NCBI GenBank assembly: GCA_050014495.1
Contig: JBEKDF010000010.1
Coordinates: 20,094 to 84,093, forward strand
Direction: 5' to 3'
DNA length: 64,000 nucleotides
Source: Candidatus Bathyarchaeia archaeon
Lineage (GTDB): Archaea > Thermoproteota > Bathyarchaeia > TCS64
Shown here one piece after another: positions 40,079 to 50,310 of this stretch. Each line of letters starts with the position of its first letter. Positions within the stretch are counted from its first letter, which is position 1. The notes under the pieces are model-generated. The model was given only the letters and a program-made list of their open reading frames with translations, had not been told where the DNA came from and did not search any database. The translations under genes and the position numbers were made by a program.

Positions 40079-41395
40079 TTATAGGGCCAATATTCCCGCG
40101 CCTTCCCTATAGTTGACTTCGGTCCCATAGAGGCTGGATAAGTGCGCGAGATCCTCGATTATCTTCTTAGCCTGTTTTCCCCTTGCGAGTCGAGGGACAC
40201 CCGCAGTCGTTCTCTGCTCACTCAGTGGCTTCTTCTGATCGTAGTCAAGGATGATAGGGATCAAGCGTATTTCACTCAGTTTTCCCTCCTCATAATCGAC
40301 TTCAGCGATGAAACTCTCCCAGTAAGAGGGGTCGTCAAAGAATACCGCTGGAGGCGCCTCCCGCTTCTCATAGAGCTCAACAGTTGACCGCTCCCCCGTT
40401 AGGCCCCAAAGGTCGAAGAGGTCGCTTGGCTGCCTCCTGATGAGGGTACTCTGGAAGACGAAGTTACCAAGACTGTAGAATATTGGTTTACCCTTGTAGA
40501 TCTCGATCCCCCTCATGACATGGGGGCCGTGACCCAGATAGGCATCGGCACCGACGTCGATTACCTTATGCGCGAAGTCCCTGACCTCATCAGGCGGGAG
40601 GTCGAGGTTTCTATACCCCTTCGCGGCATGGACGCCCATGCAGTGATCGTGGAGACTAAAGAAGCTCCAGTCGCTAAGTGAGCGTGCGTCACTGACAGCG
40701 CGGAGGTTCCCCTCAACATCAACCTTCCTGGGCACATATTCCCTTCTCGTCTCCTCCCCCTTCAGAAACTTCGTCTCCCTATCCGGGAACCTAATGAGCT
40801 TGGGCTCAGCTACAAAGATGTCCGCTGCGTGGTCTAGCGCGCCAACAATTTCCTTGAACTGATCCCAGTGCTGGGGTTTAAGGTGATAGACTGTGTCGAG
40901 GTGTAGAGGGTTAATTCCCGGCCGCCCAGGGAGATTTTTACGCTGATGACTGGCTACGCCCAGATCCCAAGTGCACGCTGAGACGAGGCTAATAACGCCC
41001 TTGGGAGTGTCGAGGAAAGCAGGCTCTCTCGCCTCGGCTAGATTTATCCCCGAACCAGAATGAGCGAGGCCGACCCTGTCAAGGTTACTTATGGTGGTTC
41101 TGAGACCCCCCTCGCTGTAGTCCATCGCGTGATTGTTAGCGCAGCTGCAGATGTCGAAGCCTATCTCCTTCAAATCGTCCGCTACAACTGGGTCCGCCTG
41201 TCCATAGGCATCATACTTACCCTCACCAATGGGATATCCCTCGTAACTGTGTATGGCGATCTCTAGGTTGATGAATGAGACGTCAGCGTTCCTAATCCTT
41301 TTGAAGAGAGGAGCCACATCTGCCTCACCTCCATAGACGCCTATGCGGCGAGCGATAAAGGCGTCGCCGACGCATAGTAACCTAAGGTCCTTCAT
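40079..41395 (-). CDS. CapA (poly-gamma-glutamate synthesis) family metallophosphoesterase
   Basis: VGDA, INLE, ANNHAMDY, GHGPHV, YSLGNF. Confidence 0.9.
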   Translation of the reverse strand: MKDLRLLCVGDAFIARRIGVYGGEADVAPLFKRIRNADVSFINLEIAIHSYEGYPIGEGKYDAYGQADPVVADDLKEIGFDICSCANNHAMDYSEGGLRTTISNLDRVGLAHSGSGINLAEAREPAFLDTPKGVISLVSACTWDLGVASHQRKNLPGRPGINPLHLDTVYHLKPQHWDQFKEIVGALDHAADIFVAEPKLIRFPDRETKFLKGEETRREYVPRKVDVEGNLRAVSDARSLSDWSFFSLHDHCMGVHAAKGYRNLDLPPDEVRDFAHKVIDVGADAYLGHGPHVMRGIEIYKGKPIFYSLGNFVFQSTLIRRQPSDLFDLWGLTGERSTVELYEKREAPPAVFFDDPSYWESFIAEVDYEEGKLSEIRLIPIILDYDQKKPLSEQRTTAGVPRLARGKQAKKIIEDLAHLSSLYGTEVNYREGAGILAL

Positions 41396-41493
41396 GGCAC
41401 AGCATAATCCTCGTTGGAGTTAAAGGATATCTGATTGTCATCTTAAAACCATTAACGCAGAGTGTTCGCTCGTGGAGTGGGTTAACACTTCAC

Positions 41494-41811
41494 TTACCCA
41501 CGATATCTCTCGTTTCTTCCTCGTTTGCGCTCGTCCTTCGCGTACTCCTGCTTCCTCTGCCCCTCAATACGTGCTCGCCTGAAGCTACTGCCCTTATCGG
41601 CTCCCTGTATGTGCTGGTTGATGATGTTGTAGAATAATCCATAGTCCATCTTGCCGTCGTGGAGCTTCGTGATGGTATCATTCAGCTCCCCCTTCACGGT
41701 TAGTTCCGCCCCGTCAAATGCTTTGCTGTAAGCCTCATAGGCGGCTGTGAATTTGAAATCGACTTTATCACTGAACGCTATCTTCTCGGGGGCTTGCTCT
41801 TCCGCCGACAC
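41494..41811 (-). CDS. Hypothetical protein with basic C-terminus
   Basis: Probable GTG at 41811; ends RRARIEGQRKQEYAKDERKRGRNERYRG. Confidence 0.65.
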   Translation of the reverse strand: MSAEEQAPEKIAFSDKVDFKFTAAYEAYSKAFDGAELTVKGELNDTITKLHDGKMDYGLFYNIINQHIQGADKGSSFRRARIEGQRKQEYAKDERKRGRNERYRG

Positions 41812-41911
41812 CCTGTCAGTCCTCACCCTCAAACTAGGGGTTTCATGATATAAACCCCTACCCCTCAGAGTATCGGGGAGGTTTATATTCGAAGGCTCTG
41901 AGGCTTCCTTG

Positions 41912-42997
41912 ATGTCGGGCATCTCGGACAGATTCAGGGACGGTGACACCGCGAAAAAGGTCGTCAAACTCATCAAGGAGTTGGCGGGCCAAAGACGCAT
42001 AAGGATAGTCCACGTCTGTGGCACACACGAGGATGCTATAACAAAATATGGGCTTAGGAGTATGCTCCCCCGGAACGTGGAGGTCCTCATGGGACCTGGG
42101 TGTCCTGTATGTACCGTACCGCCAAATCGCATCGACTTCGCAATAAGACTCGCTGAATCCGGCGCCGTCCTGACTACCTTTGGGGATATGATTAGGGTCC
42201 CGTCGGGTCTTGGAAGTCTAGCCGACGCGAAGGCGAGAGGAGCCGACGTGAGGATCGTATACAGTATTCATGATGCCGCGAAGATGGCCACTTGTACAAC
42301 TAAGGATGTCGTCCACTTTGGTGTAGGCTTCGAGACGACAGCGCCGACCACCGCCTCCGAGCTGCTCGCTAACCCGCCCGATAATTTTAGCGTCTACAGC
42401 GCCCACATTCTCATACCACCGGCCATGATACACCTCCTAAAATCTGGGGAGACACCAGTCGATGGTTTCATAGACCCTGGCCACGTCAGCGCCATAATAG
42501 GAGAGGTCGGGTACCACGAGGTCACAGATCACTACAAAGTACCGCAGGTCATCGCTGGTTTTGAGCCCCTCGACATCCTCTTCTCGGTGGCTATGATCTG
42601 CAGACAGTTGAAAGAGGGACGGGGAGAGCTGGAAAACGCTTACAAAAGAATAGTACGTCCTGAGGGAAACCCACACGCGATTAGCCTAATGGAAGAGGTG
42701 TTTGAGAGACGGGATGCACCATGGAGAGGAATTGGAACAATCCCGGACTCAGGCCTCGCCCTAAAGAAAGAGTTCGAGGACCACGATGCCTCAAAGAGGT
42801 TCGATTTCGAATCTGAGGCTAACTACGAGATGCCTCATGGTTGTCGCTGTGGCGAAGTCCTCAGAGCTGTCTGCTACCCATGGGACTGTCCACTCTTCAA
42901 CAAGAGCTGTACACCCGAATCCCCTATAGGCCCATGCATGGTTAGCCATGAGGGGAGCTGCTTCATATCCGCGAAATACGGAGTTGAACAACCATGA
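41912..42997 (+). CDS. hypD: Hydrogenase maturation protein HypD
   Basis: VCGTHE, GPGCPVC, GFETTAP, PGHVS, CRCGEVL...CPLF..CTP..P.GPCMVS.EG.C. Confidence 0.96.
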   Translation: MSGISDRFRDGDTAKKVVKLIKELAGQRRIRIVHVCGTHEDAITKYGLRSMLPRNVEVLMGPGCPVCTVPPNRIDFAIRLAESGAVLTTFGDMIRVPSGLGSLADAKARGADVRIVYSIHDAAKMATCTTKDVVHFGVGFETTAPTTASELLANPPDNFSVYSAHILIPPAMIHLLKSGETPVDGFIDPGHVSAIIGEVGYHEVTDHYKVPQVIAGFEPLDILFSVAMICRQLKEGRGELENAYKRIVRPEGNPHAISLMEEVFERRDAPWRGIGTIPDSGLALKKEFEDHDASKRFDFESEANYEMPHGCRCGEVLRAVCYPWDCPLFNKSCTPESPIGPCMVSHEGSCFISAKYGVEQP

Positions 42998-43263
42998 TCT
43001 CCGCCCATATAACCGTATTAGGACGTGTCCAAGGTGTCGGATTCAGGGTCAACGCTAAAAGGAGAGCTGATCACCTCGGTCTAAACGGCTGGGTCAAAAA
43101 CCTCCCCGATGGCTCCGTGGAGATAATTGCCGAGGGCCCTGAGGTGTATATTGAGGAGTTCATTAAGTGGTGCCGCGTCGGACCCTCGGGTGCCATCGTC
43201 GACAAAATAGACGTTGAGAGGAAACCCGCGAAGGGTGAACTCAGCGGCTTCCAAAGAAACTAA
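42994..43263 (+). CDS. acyP: Acylphosphatase
   Basis: GRVQGVGFR, GWVKNL.DGSVE; ATGA overlap with hypD. Confidence 0.93.
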   Translation: MISAHITVLGRVQGVGFRVNAKRRADHLGLNGWVKNLPDGSVEIIAEGPEVYIEEFIKWCRVGPSGAIVDKIDVERKPAKGELSGFQRN

Positions 43264-43359
43264 AGTCATTGGGCTCAAAGGAATTCTTCCTTCGCACTCA
43301 CGAAAATGGGACTAATCTAGGAGTTAAGGCTTTAACGTTAGGGAGGGGGCTATCCCCCC

Positions 43360-43725
43360 ATGGAAAGGCCATTCGGAGTCACCCTACTCGCCTCCTTCTT
43401 CTTAATCCAGAGTGTCATCAACGTCGTTATAGTGTTTGGCTACTACACTGTAGGTGGGCCATTATATACAACGGGTTACTATGTGGTCGCCTCGATTGCG
43501 GGCTTCGCCATCGCTTACGGATTGTGGGGCGGTCATAAATGGGGGAAATTGGGTATGATGGCGTGGTCGGGTTGGGAGATACTACTTGGATTTCTTGAAT
43601 TGTTTATCACTCTGGGTATTGAGCCTGCGTCCCCCGTACAAGCGATGACGAAGGTGATCGTTTACGCCATAGTCATCTATTTCCTAAATAGGCCGGAGAT
43701 AGCGGATTATTTTAAGAGTAGTTGA
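43360..43725 (+). CDS. Hypothetical membrane protein
   Basis: RPFGVT, YGLW....WG, four hydrophobic segments, FL.RPE...YF. Confidence 0.75.
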   Translation: MERPFGVTLLASFFLIQSVINVVIVFGYYTVGGPLYTTGYYVVASIAGFAIAYGLWGGHKWGKLGMMAWSGWEILLGFLELFITLGIEPASPVQAMTKVIVYAIVIYFLNRPEIADYFKSS

Positions 43726-43727
43726 GG

Positions 43728-44819
43728 TTAAGGGCTAAGCTCCTTATAGACCTCTTTGAGAGCGTCGAGCATCTGGTTTATGCTCAGGTCAGGTATGTAG
43801 CCCATGTTACCTATTCGATAGGTTGTATCCTTGAGGGCTCCGTATCCCTGCGCTAGCTCGAACCCCTTTGCCCTCATAGCCTCATAGACCTTTGGGCCAC
43901 TGGCGCTCTTGGGGGCCTTCACGCAACTTACAGTCGGACTCTCTGATCCTCTCTTCGGGTATACAGGGGTTCCGAGTCGCTTGACAGCACGGCGTATCTT
44001 CGTGTTCCTCTTCTTATAGAGGTTGAAGTACCATTGCTTACCGCCCTTCTCTTCGACCATCTTTAGGGCAGCGTTGAGCCCTGCGATCTGAGGGATAACC
44101 GACGTGACGGGAGTCCCTTGCCCCCTCTCATGATCCTTCTGCCAGAGGAGGAGATCAAAATAGTAGCCCCGGTTCGGAATCTTCTCGGCGATTTCCAGGC
44201 ATTTTTTGCTCACTGACCCTATGCCGAGACCTGGTGGGACGCCAAAGCACTTCTGGCTGCTACTGAAGCAGATGTCTATACCCCACTCATCGACCTTGAT
44301 CTCTGTGCCGCCCATACTACTGACGGCATCTACGAATACGAGCTTGCCATACTTTTTCGCGACAGCGCAGAGGTCCTTTAAGGGATTTATGAGTCCAGCA
44401 CTAGTCTCATTATGGGTGATGGCAACAGCCTCAGTCTCGGGGTGGCTTCGAAGAGCGTCCTCCAACTGAGCGGGTGTGACGGGCTCCCCCATCGGAGGTT
44501 CAACGAGTACCGTATTTCTCCCATTCGCTTTTGAGACATCGGCGAAGCGCTTACCAAAGTCGCCGTTTACACAGACTACAAGACTATCTCTCACGCAGTT
44601 CCTAACCGCAGCTTCCATGAAACCGGTCCCCGTCGCGCTGAACAGGTAGACGGGGTTCTGGGTCTCTAAATATAATTGGAGGCGCCCCACGGTGTCGTAG
44701 TGGAGCTTCTTGTACTCGGCGCTCCTATGGCTATACATCTGCTCCCCCATAGCCTTGAGCACTACGGGGTAGCAAGCCACGGGGCCCACCGTGAACAACT
44801 TCAAATCTAGGTCCCTCAT
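43728..44819 (-). CDS. Class V PLP aminotransferase (serine-pyruvate/alanine-glyoxylate type)
   Basis: SHRS, THNETSAG, VDAVSS, SSQKC(PLP Lys)..PPG, RIGNMG. Confidence 0.92.
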   Translation of the reverse strand: MRDLDLKLFTVGPVACYPVVLKAMGEQMYSHRSAEYKKLHYDTVGRLQLYLETQNPVYLFSATGTGFMEAAVRNCVRDSLVVCVNGDFGKRFADVSKANGRNTVLVEPPMGEPVTPAQLEDALRSHPETEAVAITHNETSAGLINPLKDLCAVAKKYGKLVFVDAVSSMGGTEIKVDEWGIDICFSSSQKCFGVPPGLGIGSVSKKCLEIAEKIPNRGYYFDLLLWQKDHERGQGTPVTSVIPQIAGLNAALKMVEEKGGKQWYFNLYKKRNTKIRRAVKRLGTPVYPKRGSESPTVSCVKAPKSASGPKVYEAMRAKGFELAQGYGALKDTTYRIGNMGYIPDLSINQMLDALKEVYKELSP

Positions 44820-44904
44820 TGAGGAATTATGATATTCAGAATAAAAGTTTAGGGTTTTAGGGGGCAGCGATGGGGATAAAAGTAGCCATTATAAGGGTTC
44901 AAGC

Positions 44905-45129
44905 ATGGAGAACAGAGTCCTCAAAGGAGAGGATGCAGACAATCTCATACTCCAACTCCTCAGAGACGCGGGGCACCCCCTCACTACTAGAGAGGTGCAG
45001 CAAGAAACACAGAAGAGGCTTGTTCGCTGCCCCGATTCGACAGCGGTCTTCCTTAACAAGCTACGCCTCCGCGGCGATATCCATGGGGAGATGTCCAAGG
45101 AAAGACGCGGCTGGATATGGTGGGTCTAG
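44905..45129 (+). CDS. Small winged-helix protein
   Basis: ILQLL....PLTTREV...LNKLR..G.I.G......GWIWW. Confidence 0.7.
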   Translation: MENRVLKGEDADNLILQLLRDAGHPLTTREVQQETQKRLVRCPDSTAVFLNKLRLRGDIHGEMSKERRGWIWWV

Positions 45130-45401
45130 GTCCAACAAGCAGTCTTATTGCAATACTCTAGTAGTTTCACCCAGCCATCATAGTCCACGATCTCTAAACC
45201 TACAACCGGCTTCTGAATGTCTTCCTTCAACGCGAACAACCTAGCAAAGTTCAAGCTTTCTATCATGTTGGGATTCTCGGCAAGGCGACAGCCATCACCA
45301 GTAAATAGGATTAGCAGTTTCTTCCCTTGAATCGCCACTCTACGCGCAATTCTGAATACCTCACCGTACTCCTCAATCCCAATCTGAAGTAGTATAATCA
45401 A
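45126..45401 (-). CDS. DsrH/TusB-like protein
   Basis: LFTGDG, FALKED, IVDYDGWV.L......W. Confidence 0.7.
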   Translation of the reverse strand: MIILLQIGIEEYGEVFRIARRVAIQGKKLLILFTGDGCRLAENPNMIESLNFARLFALKEDIQKPVVGLEIVDYDGWVKLLEYCNKTACWT

Positions 45402-45413
45402 CCAAACGACCTC

Positions 45414-45761
45414 CTAGAAGATAGCCACAACCCTATTTTCGGCGAGTCGGTCGGCGAGCTCGTCTATGGTTATCATCTTGACATTTAGCTCTGGGTCAAG
45501 GTCATTGAGTGTTAGGTGGACTTCCTCCATGGCAGTGTTTAGGACGAAGATGCCTGCAAGGTCGGCGGTAGTCTTCAAATATTCCCAGAGCTGTCGGAGC
45601 GGAAGGGCATTAGGCAGAAGACCTGGAACAGCATCGTCCATGAAGACTATGAGAGGAATGTGGTCCATACCGACGAAAGCAGCACTGAGGCGGAGCCCCT
45701 CCCAGAATCTGCTCCCTGGCTCCACCCGACTCCTGAAGATGAAGGTAGTCTCTTCGCTCAA
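45414..45761 (-). CDS. DsrF/TusC-like protein
   Basis: EGLRLSAA, VFMDDAV, C-terminal V..F; in operon with its neighbours. Confidence 0.7.
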   Translation of the reverse strand: MSEETTFIFRSRVEPGSRFWEGLRLSAAFVGMDHIPLIVFMDDAVPGLLPNALPLRQLWEYLKTTADLAGIFVLNTAMEEVHLTLNDLDPELNVKMITIDELADRLAENRVVAIF

Positions 45762-46063
45762 CCCAGGAACACCACTTTATCATCCCCCTCCAATTGATCC
45801 ACGAGCTCAGCGAGACTACTCATCCTCGCGTTGACTGCCATGTTCTCCTTAGTTATCTGGTATTCTAAGGCGCTCGCCTGGCAGGCTAGTAGATCGGCGT
45901 ATAGGTTTTCGACGGGACTTGGGTTCTTGAGAAGTTGAACCGACTCCTCATTGAAAAAGACGGTTACATTGTGACCAGCCTTAGCTGCGGCTTTACTCAG
46001 CTCCTTCACATCTCGAAGCTTCTTTACCGTTGAGATAACTAGTAGGAGACGCATTGTTGGCAT
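45758..46063 (-). CDS. DsrE/TusD-like protein
   Basis: GHNVTVFF.EESV, ACQASA (conserved Cys), SLAELVD....DKVVF. Confidence 0.75.
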   Translation of the reverse strand: MPTMRLLLVISTVKKLRDVKELSKAAAKAGHNVTVFFNEESVQLLKNPSPVENLYADLLACQASALEYQITKENMAVNARMSSLAELVDQLEGDDKVVFLG

Positions 46064-46136
46064 GGAATGTAACACCCGCGAGATATTAAGAAAAGCGTCT
46101 ACAACAATGACAATGTAGAGAAAGTTGAAGAGGCGC

Positions 46137-47339
46137 TTAATGTGACTTGAAGTAGTTTCGCGCTTCCTTGAGTAGCTCTGGCTTAGCCAGTAACTCCACG
46201 ATCGTCATGGCGAGAGCCTTAGTTCCGATCACCATGGCGTCGAGCCCTTCCTTTGATACACTGCAGTCGGCTAGCTGCCTACTATGCCCAGGTGTACCCT
46301 CGGGGCCGATGCCGATGTAACTACCCGTTGAGGGGCATCTCTGGCTCACATCACCAAAGTCGGTGGAAGCCATCGGTATACCTGTTTGAGTCTCCTGCCA
46401 ATCGTCCACCTTAACACCCTGGTCCACATAGTTCTGGTAAAGAACCTTGACAAGGGGAATATTCGGCTTCATGCTGCTGTAGAGTTTATGCTTCGTCACA
46501 ACGACTTGCGCACCGGTGGCGATCGCTGCTCCCTCCGCGCATTTCTCCACCTTATCCACCATCGTGACAAGGTACCTCTCATCACTGCTTCGGACGCCAA
46601 ACTCGCAGACGGCTCTATCGGGAATAATATTCGAGGCTAGACCACCCTCCGTGATAATGCCATGGATGACGAGGTTCGCGTCGCGGCGTGCTTCCTGTCG
46701 GAGCATATGGGTCGCCATGTAAGCAAGAGTGGTAGCGTTAAGCGCGTTAATCCCCCTATCGGGGGAAGCTGCAGCGTGGCTTGTCTGTCCCTTGAACTCC
46801 ATCTTTAATTGCCAGATGCCAAGGGCTTTGCCACCGACTCCGTAGTGGGTGGCGGGGTGTAGCATTAATGCAGCATCGACATCGTCCCAGAACCCCTTAT
46901 TGGCCAGTATGACCTTGCTACCCGCACTCGGTCCCCTACCCTCCTCAGCGGGGGTCCCAACGACCAAAATCTCCCCAGGCAGGTCTTTAGCTGCCCTCGC
47001 AGCGGCGACACCGGAACCTATCGCAGAGGCAGCTATGAGGTTGTGACCACAGCCGTGGCCAACGCCTGGTAGGGCGTCGTACTCTGCGAGGACGGCGACC
47101 TTAGGTCCATCCTTCTTTCCCTTGAAGGAGGCGGCAAAAGCAGTTGGTATCCCGAGGAGCTCCTTCTTCACATTCGCTCCCTGCTTCTCCAACTCCTTCG
47201 TTAAGAGGGCATAAGTCTTGTACTCTTCCGATCCTAGTTCGGGATTTTCATACATCCACTTCGCTATCTCGATAAGACGACTCTTCTGGGAGTCAACTTC
47301 CTTCTTAGCCGATTCCTTCAGGACCTTTAAGTCGACCAA
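46137..47339 (-). CDS. M20-family amidohydrolase
   Basis: NPELG.EE, AEYDALP..GHGCGHN, TPAEEG, HAA, ASTDFGDVS. Confidence 0.92.
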   Translation of the reverse strand: MVDLKVLKESAKKEVDSQKSRLIEIAKWMYENPELGSEEYKTYALLTKELEKQGANVKKELLGIPTAFAASFKGKKDGPKVAVLAEYDALPGVGHGCGHNLIAASAIGSGVAAARAAKDLPGEILVVGTPAEEGRGPSAGSKVILANKGFWDDVDAALMLHPATHYGVGGKALGIWQLKMEFKGQTSHAAASPDRGINALNATTLAYMATHMLRQEARRDANLVIHGIITEGGLASNIIPDRAVCEFGVRSSDERYLVTMVDKVEKCAEGAAIATGAQVVVTKHKLYSSMKPNIPLVKVLYQNYVDQGVKVDDWQETQTGIPMASTDFGDVSQRCPSTGSYIGIGPEGTPGHSRQLADCSVSKEGLDAMVIGTKALAMTIVELLAKPELLKEARNYFKSH

Positions 47340-47532
47340 CTCGATCCAGTAGAAATCCACCAATGGGCTGATAGCATTTACGAGACTCTTTAGAGAATGT
47401 TAATAGTCAACATGGGCGCGATTGATAGTTGATGGATGGTTTTCCATACCTGACTCACTTTCACTCGACTCTCCCTTCGCAACATGTGCGTACGCGTTAT
47501 AAGTGATAGTACCCCCCAGCGAATCGATCAAG

Positions 47533-48492
47533 ATGGCCGAGGAAGTCGAGAAGACCGACCCGATAGAATTAGAAGGCGTATCCAGCACTACCATGGCGAA
47601 GCTGAGGAAGGCCGGCCTCAGTACTTACGAATCCATAGCTGTAACCCCGAGTAGGGAGATAGAAGAGCTAACGGGTATGGGCGCCGATACCGCCCAGAAG
47701 GTCAATCAACTCGCACGCGATAAGGTAGACCTCGGCTTCATCCCCGCCACAGAAGTCCTAGAAAAGAGAATGCATATGCTCCGCTGCAACACGGGTAGCC
47801 CAGACTTGAACAGGATCCTCGGCGGAGGCATAGAAACCGACGCCATCACTGAACTCATCGGTGAATTCGGTTCAGGTAAGACCCAGATCTGCTTCACCCT
47901 AAGTGTCCTAGCACAACAACCCGTAGACCAAGGTGGCTTCGGAAGTAAGGTTTGCGTAATAGACACAGAAGGAACCTTCCTCCCCGAACGCATCAAACAG
48001 ATTGCGGAGGCCCGCGGCCTCGACTCGACCCAGATCCTTCAAAACGTCCTCGTCGCCCGCGCCTTCAACAGCGAGCACCAGACCATACTCATCAAGAACC
48101 TCCCCCAAGTCGTCCAGGAGAACAACGTAAAACTCGTCATCGTGGACAGCATGATCGGCCACTTCCGCGGGGAGTACATCGGCAGGGGAACCCTCAGCGA
48201 CCGCCAGCAGAAAATAGGCTCCTGTCTAGCCGCCCTCCTCAGAGTAGCGGAGGCGTTCAACCTCGCGGTGGTCCTCACAAATCAGGTTCAAGCCAAGCCT
48301 GATACATCCTACGGTGACCCAAACAGGCCAACAGGCGGCCACGTAATGGCCCACGCCTGCACCCACCGCATCTACCTCAGGAAAGGAAAAGAGAACACAC
48401 GCATCGCACAGGTCATAGACTCACCCTATCTCCCAGAGGAGAAGGCCCGCTTCGCAGTCGACGCAGCAGGCGTCGTGGGCTGCGAGCAGTAA
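47533..48492 (+). CDS. radA: DNA repair/recombination protein RadA
   Basis: HhH N-domain, LGGGIET, GEFGSGKTQ, IDTEGTF, LVIVDS, RQQ, TNQV, DSP.LPE. Confidence 0.93.
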   Translation: MAEEVEKTDPIELEGVSSTTMAKLRKAGLSTYESIAVTPSREIEELTGMGADTAQKVNQLARDKVDLGFIPATEVLEKRMHMLRCNTGSPDLNRILGGGIETDAITELIGEFGSGKTQICFTLSVLAQQPVDQGGFGSKVCVIDTEGTFLPERIKQIAEARGLDSTQILQNVLVARAFNSEHQTILIKNLPQVVQENNVKLVIVDSMIGHFRGEYIGRGTLSDRQQKIGSCLAALLRVAEAFNLAVVLTNQVQAKPDTSYGDPNRPTGGHVMAHACTHRIYLRKGKENTRIAQVIDSPYLPEEKARFAVDAAGVVGCEQ

Positions 48493-48493
48493 G

Positions 48494-49084
48494 CTACCTT
48501 ATGAGCTCGAATGGTTTTTGAAAACCCCTCAGGGCCAGCCTCTTTCTCACCTCGTCTTTAAGAGCACCGACACCCTCGTCGGTCCGGGCACTCACTGGGA
48601 AGACGGGGATTGATGGACCCAGTCCCTCCTTGATTGCGTCGATATTGTCCCCGATGTAATCCTTGGGTCCCTTGTCTATCTTATTCAATGCCACTAGAAC
48701 TGTGACGCCGAGGTCCCTCTTCATGAAGTGGACCATCTCAATATCCAAGGGGATGAATCCCTTTTTTGCAAGACGGGATTCGGTTTCTAGGAAGGTGCTT
48801 ATATTAACGACGTGGACGGCGAGAGCGATGCTCCCCGCGTTGAGCTCGAGGAAGTCGAGAATATTATCCTTCGTCTCCTCCTCCCTTGTGCGACTATTGC
48901 GTAGGCTCTTCCCGTAGCCGGGCATGTCGATGAGGGTTAAGCCTTCGCCGAGGGGGTAACGTTCGATACGCTGTGTTGTGCCTGGGTCTTTACCGATCTC
49001 TACCTTAAGGCCGGTAACTGACCGGATTATGCTACTCTTGCCCGCATTTGGTCTGCCCGTAAAGACGAGGAACTGATCACCCAT
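48494..49084 (-). CDS. engB: GTP-binding protein EngB
   Basis: GRPNAGKSS, PGTT, DMPGYG, NKID, SA. Confidence 0.88.
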   Translation of the reverse strand: MGDQFLVFTGRPNAGKSSIIRSVTGLKVEIGKDPGTTQRIERYPLGEGLTLIDMPGYGKSLRNSRTREEETKDNILDFLELNAGSIALAVHVVNISTFLETESRLAKKGFIPLDIEMVHFMKRDLGVTVLVALNKIDKGPKDYIGDNIDAIKEGLGPSIPVFPVSARTDEGVGALKDEVRKRLALRGFQKPFELIR

Positions 49085-49123
49085 GAGGAGTCAACGAACA
49101 AGAAGTAGGGGTTGGATAAAGAC

Positions 49124-50047
49124 TTAGAGGCTTACAGTGAAATCGAGGCGCTGGGCGAGTTCCTTGTAGCGGTTCCTTATGGTTACCTCAGTCACTTGAG
49201 CCTCCTTCGCTATCTCACCCTGTGTGCGTCGCTCGTCTGTTAGTTGGCTGCTGATGTAGATGCAGGCAGCGGCGATCCCTGAGGGGCCCCTGCCGCTCGT
49301 TAGACGGAGGTTAGAAGCCTTCTTCAGAATTCCCATTGCGAGCATCTCAGTCTCACCTGTGAGTGCGAGTTTGTTTACGATCTTACTTATGTATCCGTGG
49401 GGGTCGACCTGCGGGACGTCGGGTTGGAGTTCTCTCAGGAGGAACCTGTAGTTACGGGCTGCCTCCTTCTTTGTGATATTGGCGGCTACGGCGACGTCTT
49501 CAAGTGTTCTTATAACATTACACTGTCGACATGCCATGTAGATGCTTGCGACAGCAACACTTTGGATTGTACGACCCCTAATAAGCTGTTTTTGGATAGC
49601 GCGGCGATAGATCATGCTTGAGGTCTCGATGACGTTTCGTGGTAAGTTGAGCTTATAGGCAATCTTGCTCATTTCACTGAGGGCGTGGGCGAGGTTACGT
49701 TGTGTGGAGTCGCTGACCTTGCTTCGACGCTGCCACTTACGGAGGCGGTAGAGTCTAGCGCGCTCCTCAGGACTTAAGCGTCGTCCAGAGGCGTCTCTAT
49801 CCTGCCAGCCGATGGTCGTACTAAGTCCCTTATCGTGGATCGTCCAGGTGACGGGAGCACCGACCCGTGGCAGCTTGTCCCTTTGCTCCTGGTCGAAGGC
49901 CCTCCACTCGGGTCCCTGATCGATCAGTGTGGTAGATAGTACATAACCACACTTTTCACAAACGAGTTCGCCCGAGTCGTAGTCACGAAGGAGGCTCGTA
50001 CTACCGCACTCGGTACAGACAGTCTTACTCCGCAGTGTCGCTGCCAA
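49124..50047 (-). CDS. tfb: Transcription initiation factor IIB
   Basis: Zn ribbon CTECG...CEKCG, GPEWRAF, HDKGLST, RLRKWQ, VTEVTIRNRYKEL. Confidence 0.97.
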   Translation of the reverse strand: MAATLRSKTVCTECGSTSLLRDYDSGELVCEKCGYVLSTTLIDQGPEWRAFDQEQRDKLPRVGAPVTWTIHDKGLSTTIGWQDRDASGRRLSPEERARLYRLRKWQRRSKVSDSTQRNLAHALSEMSKIAYKLNLPRNVIETSSMIYRRAIQKQLIRGRTIQSVAVASIYMACRQCNVIRTLEDVAVAANITKKEAARNYRFLLRELQPDVPQVDPHGYISKIVNKLALTGETEMLAMGILKKASNLRLTSGRGPSGIAAACIYISSQLTDERRTQGEIAKEAQVTEVTIRNRYKELAQRLDFTVSL

Positions 50048-50310
50048 AGAACCACTCCGAAAGACTAATATATGGAATCTGGCGGTGTTTATAACTCTTT
50101 CTGAAATGCTGCAGAATTGGCAGAAAGTGGGCATATTTAGCGAAACTGGGCTAAATATTCAGCTAATTTCGGCGAATAATTCGTAAAAATGACTGAAATT
50201 AGAAATGTTATCAATTCGTTGAATATTAAAGATGACTCTGATGAGGAGTTGTTTAAGGTACATTTATGAACCTCATGTGCTTCAAGTCTTGCATCTGAGA
50301 GTTGACATCA

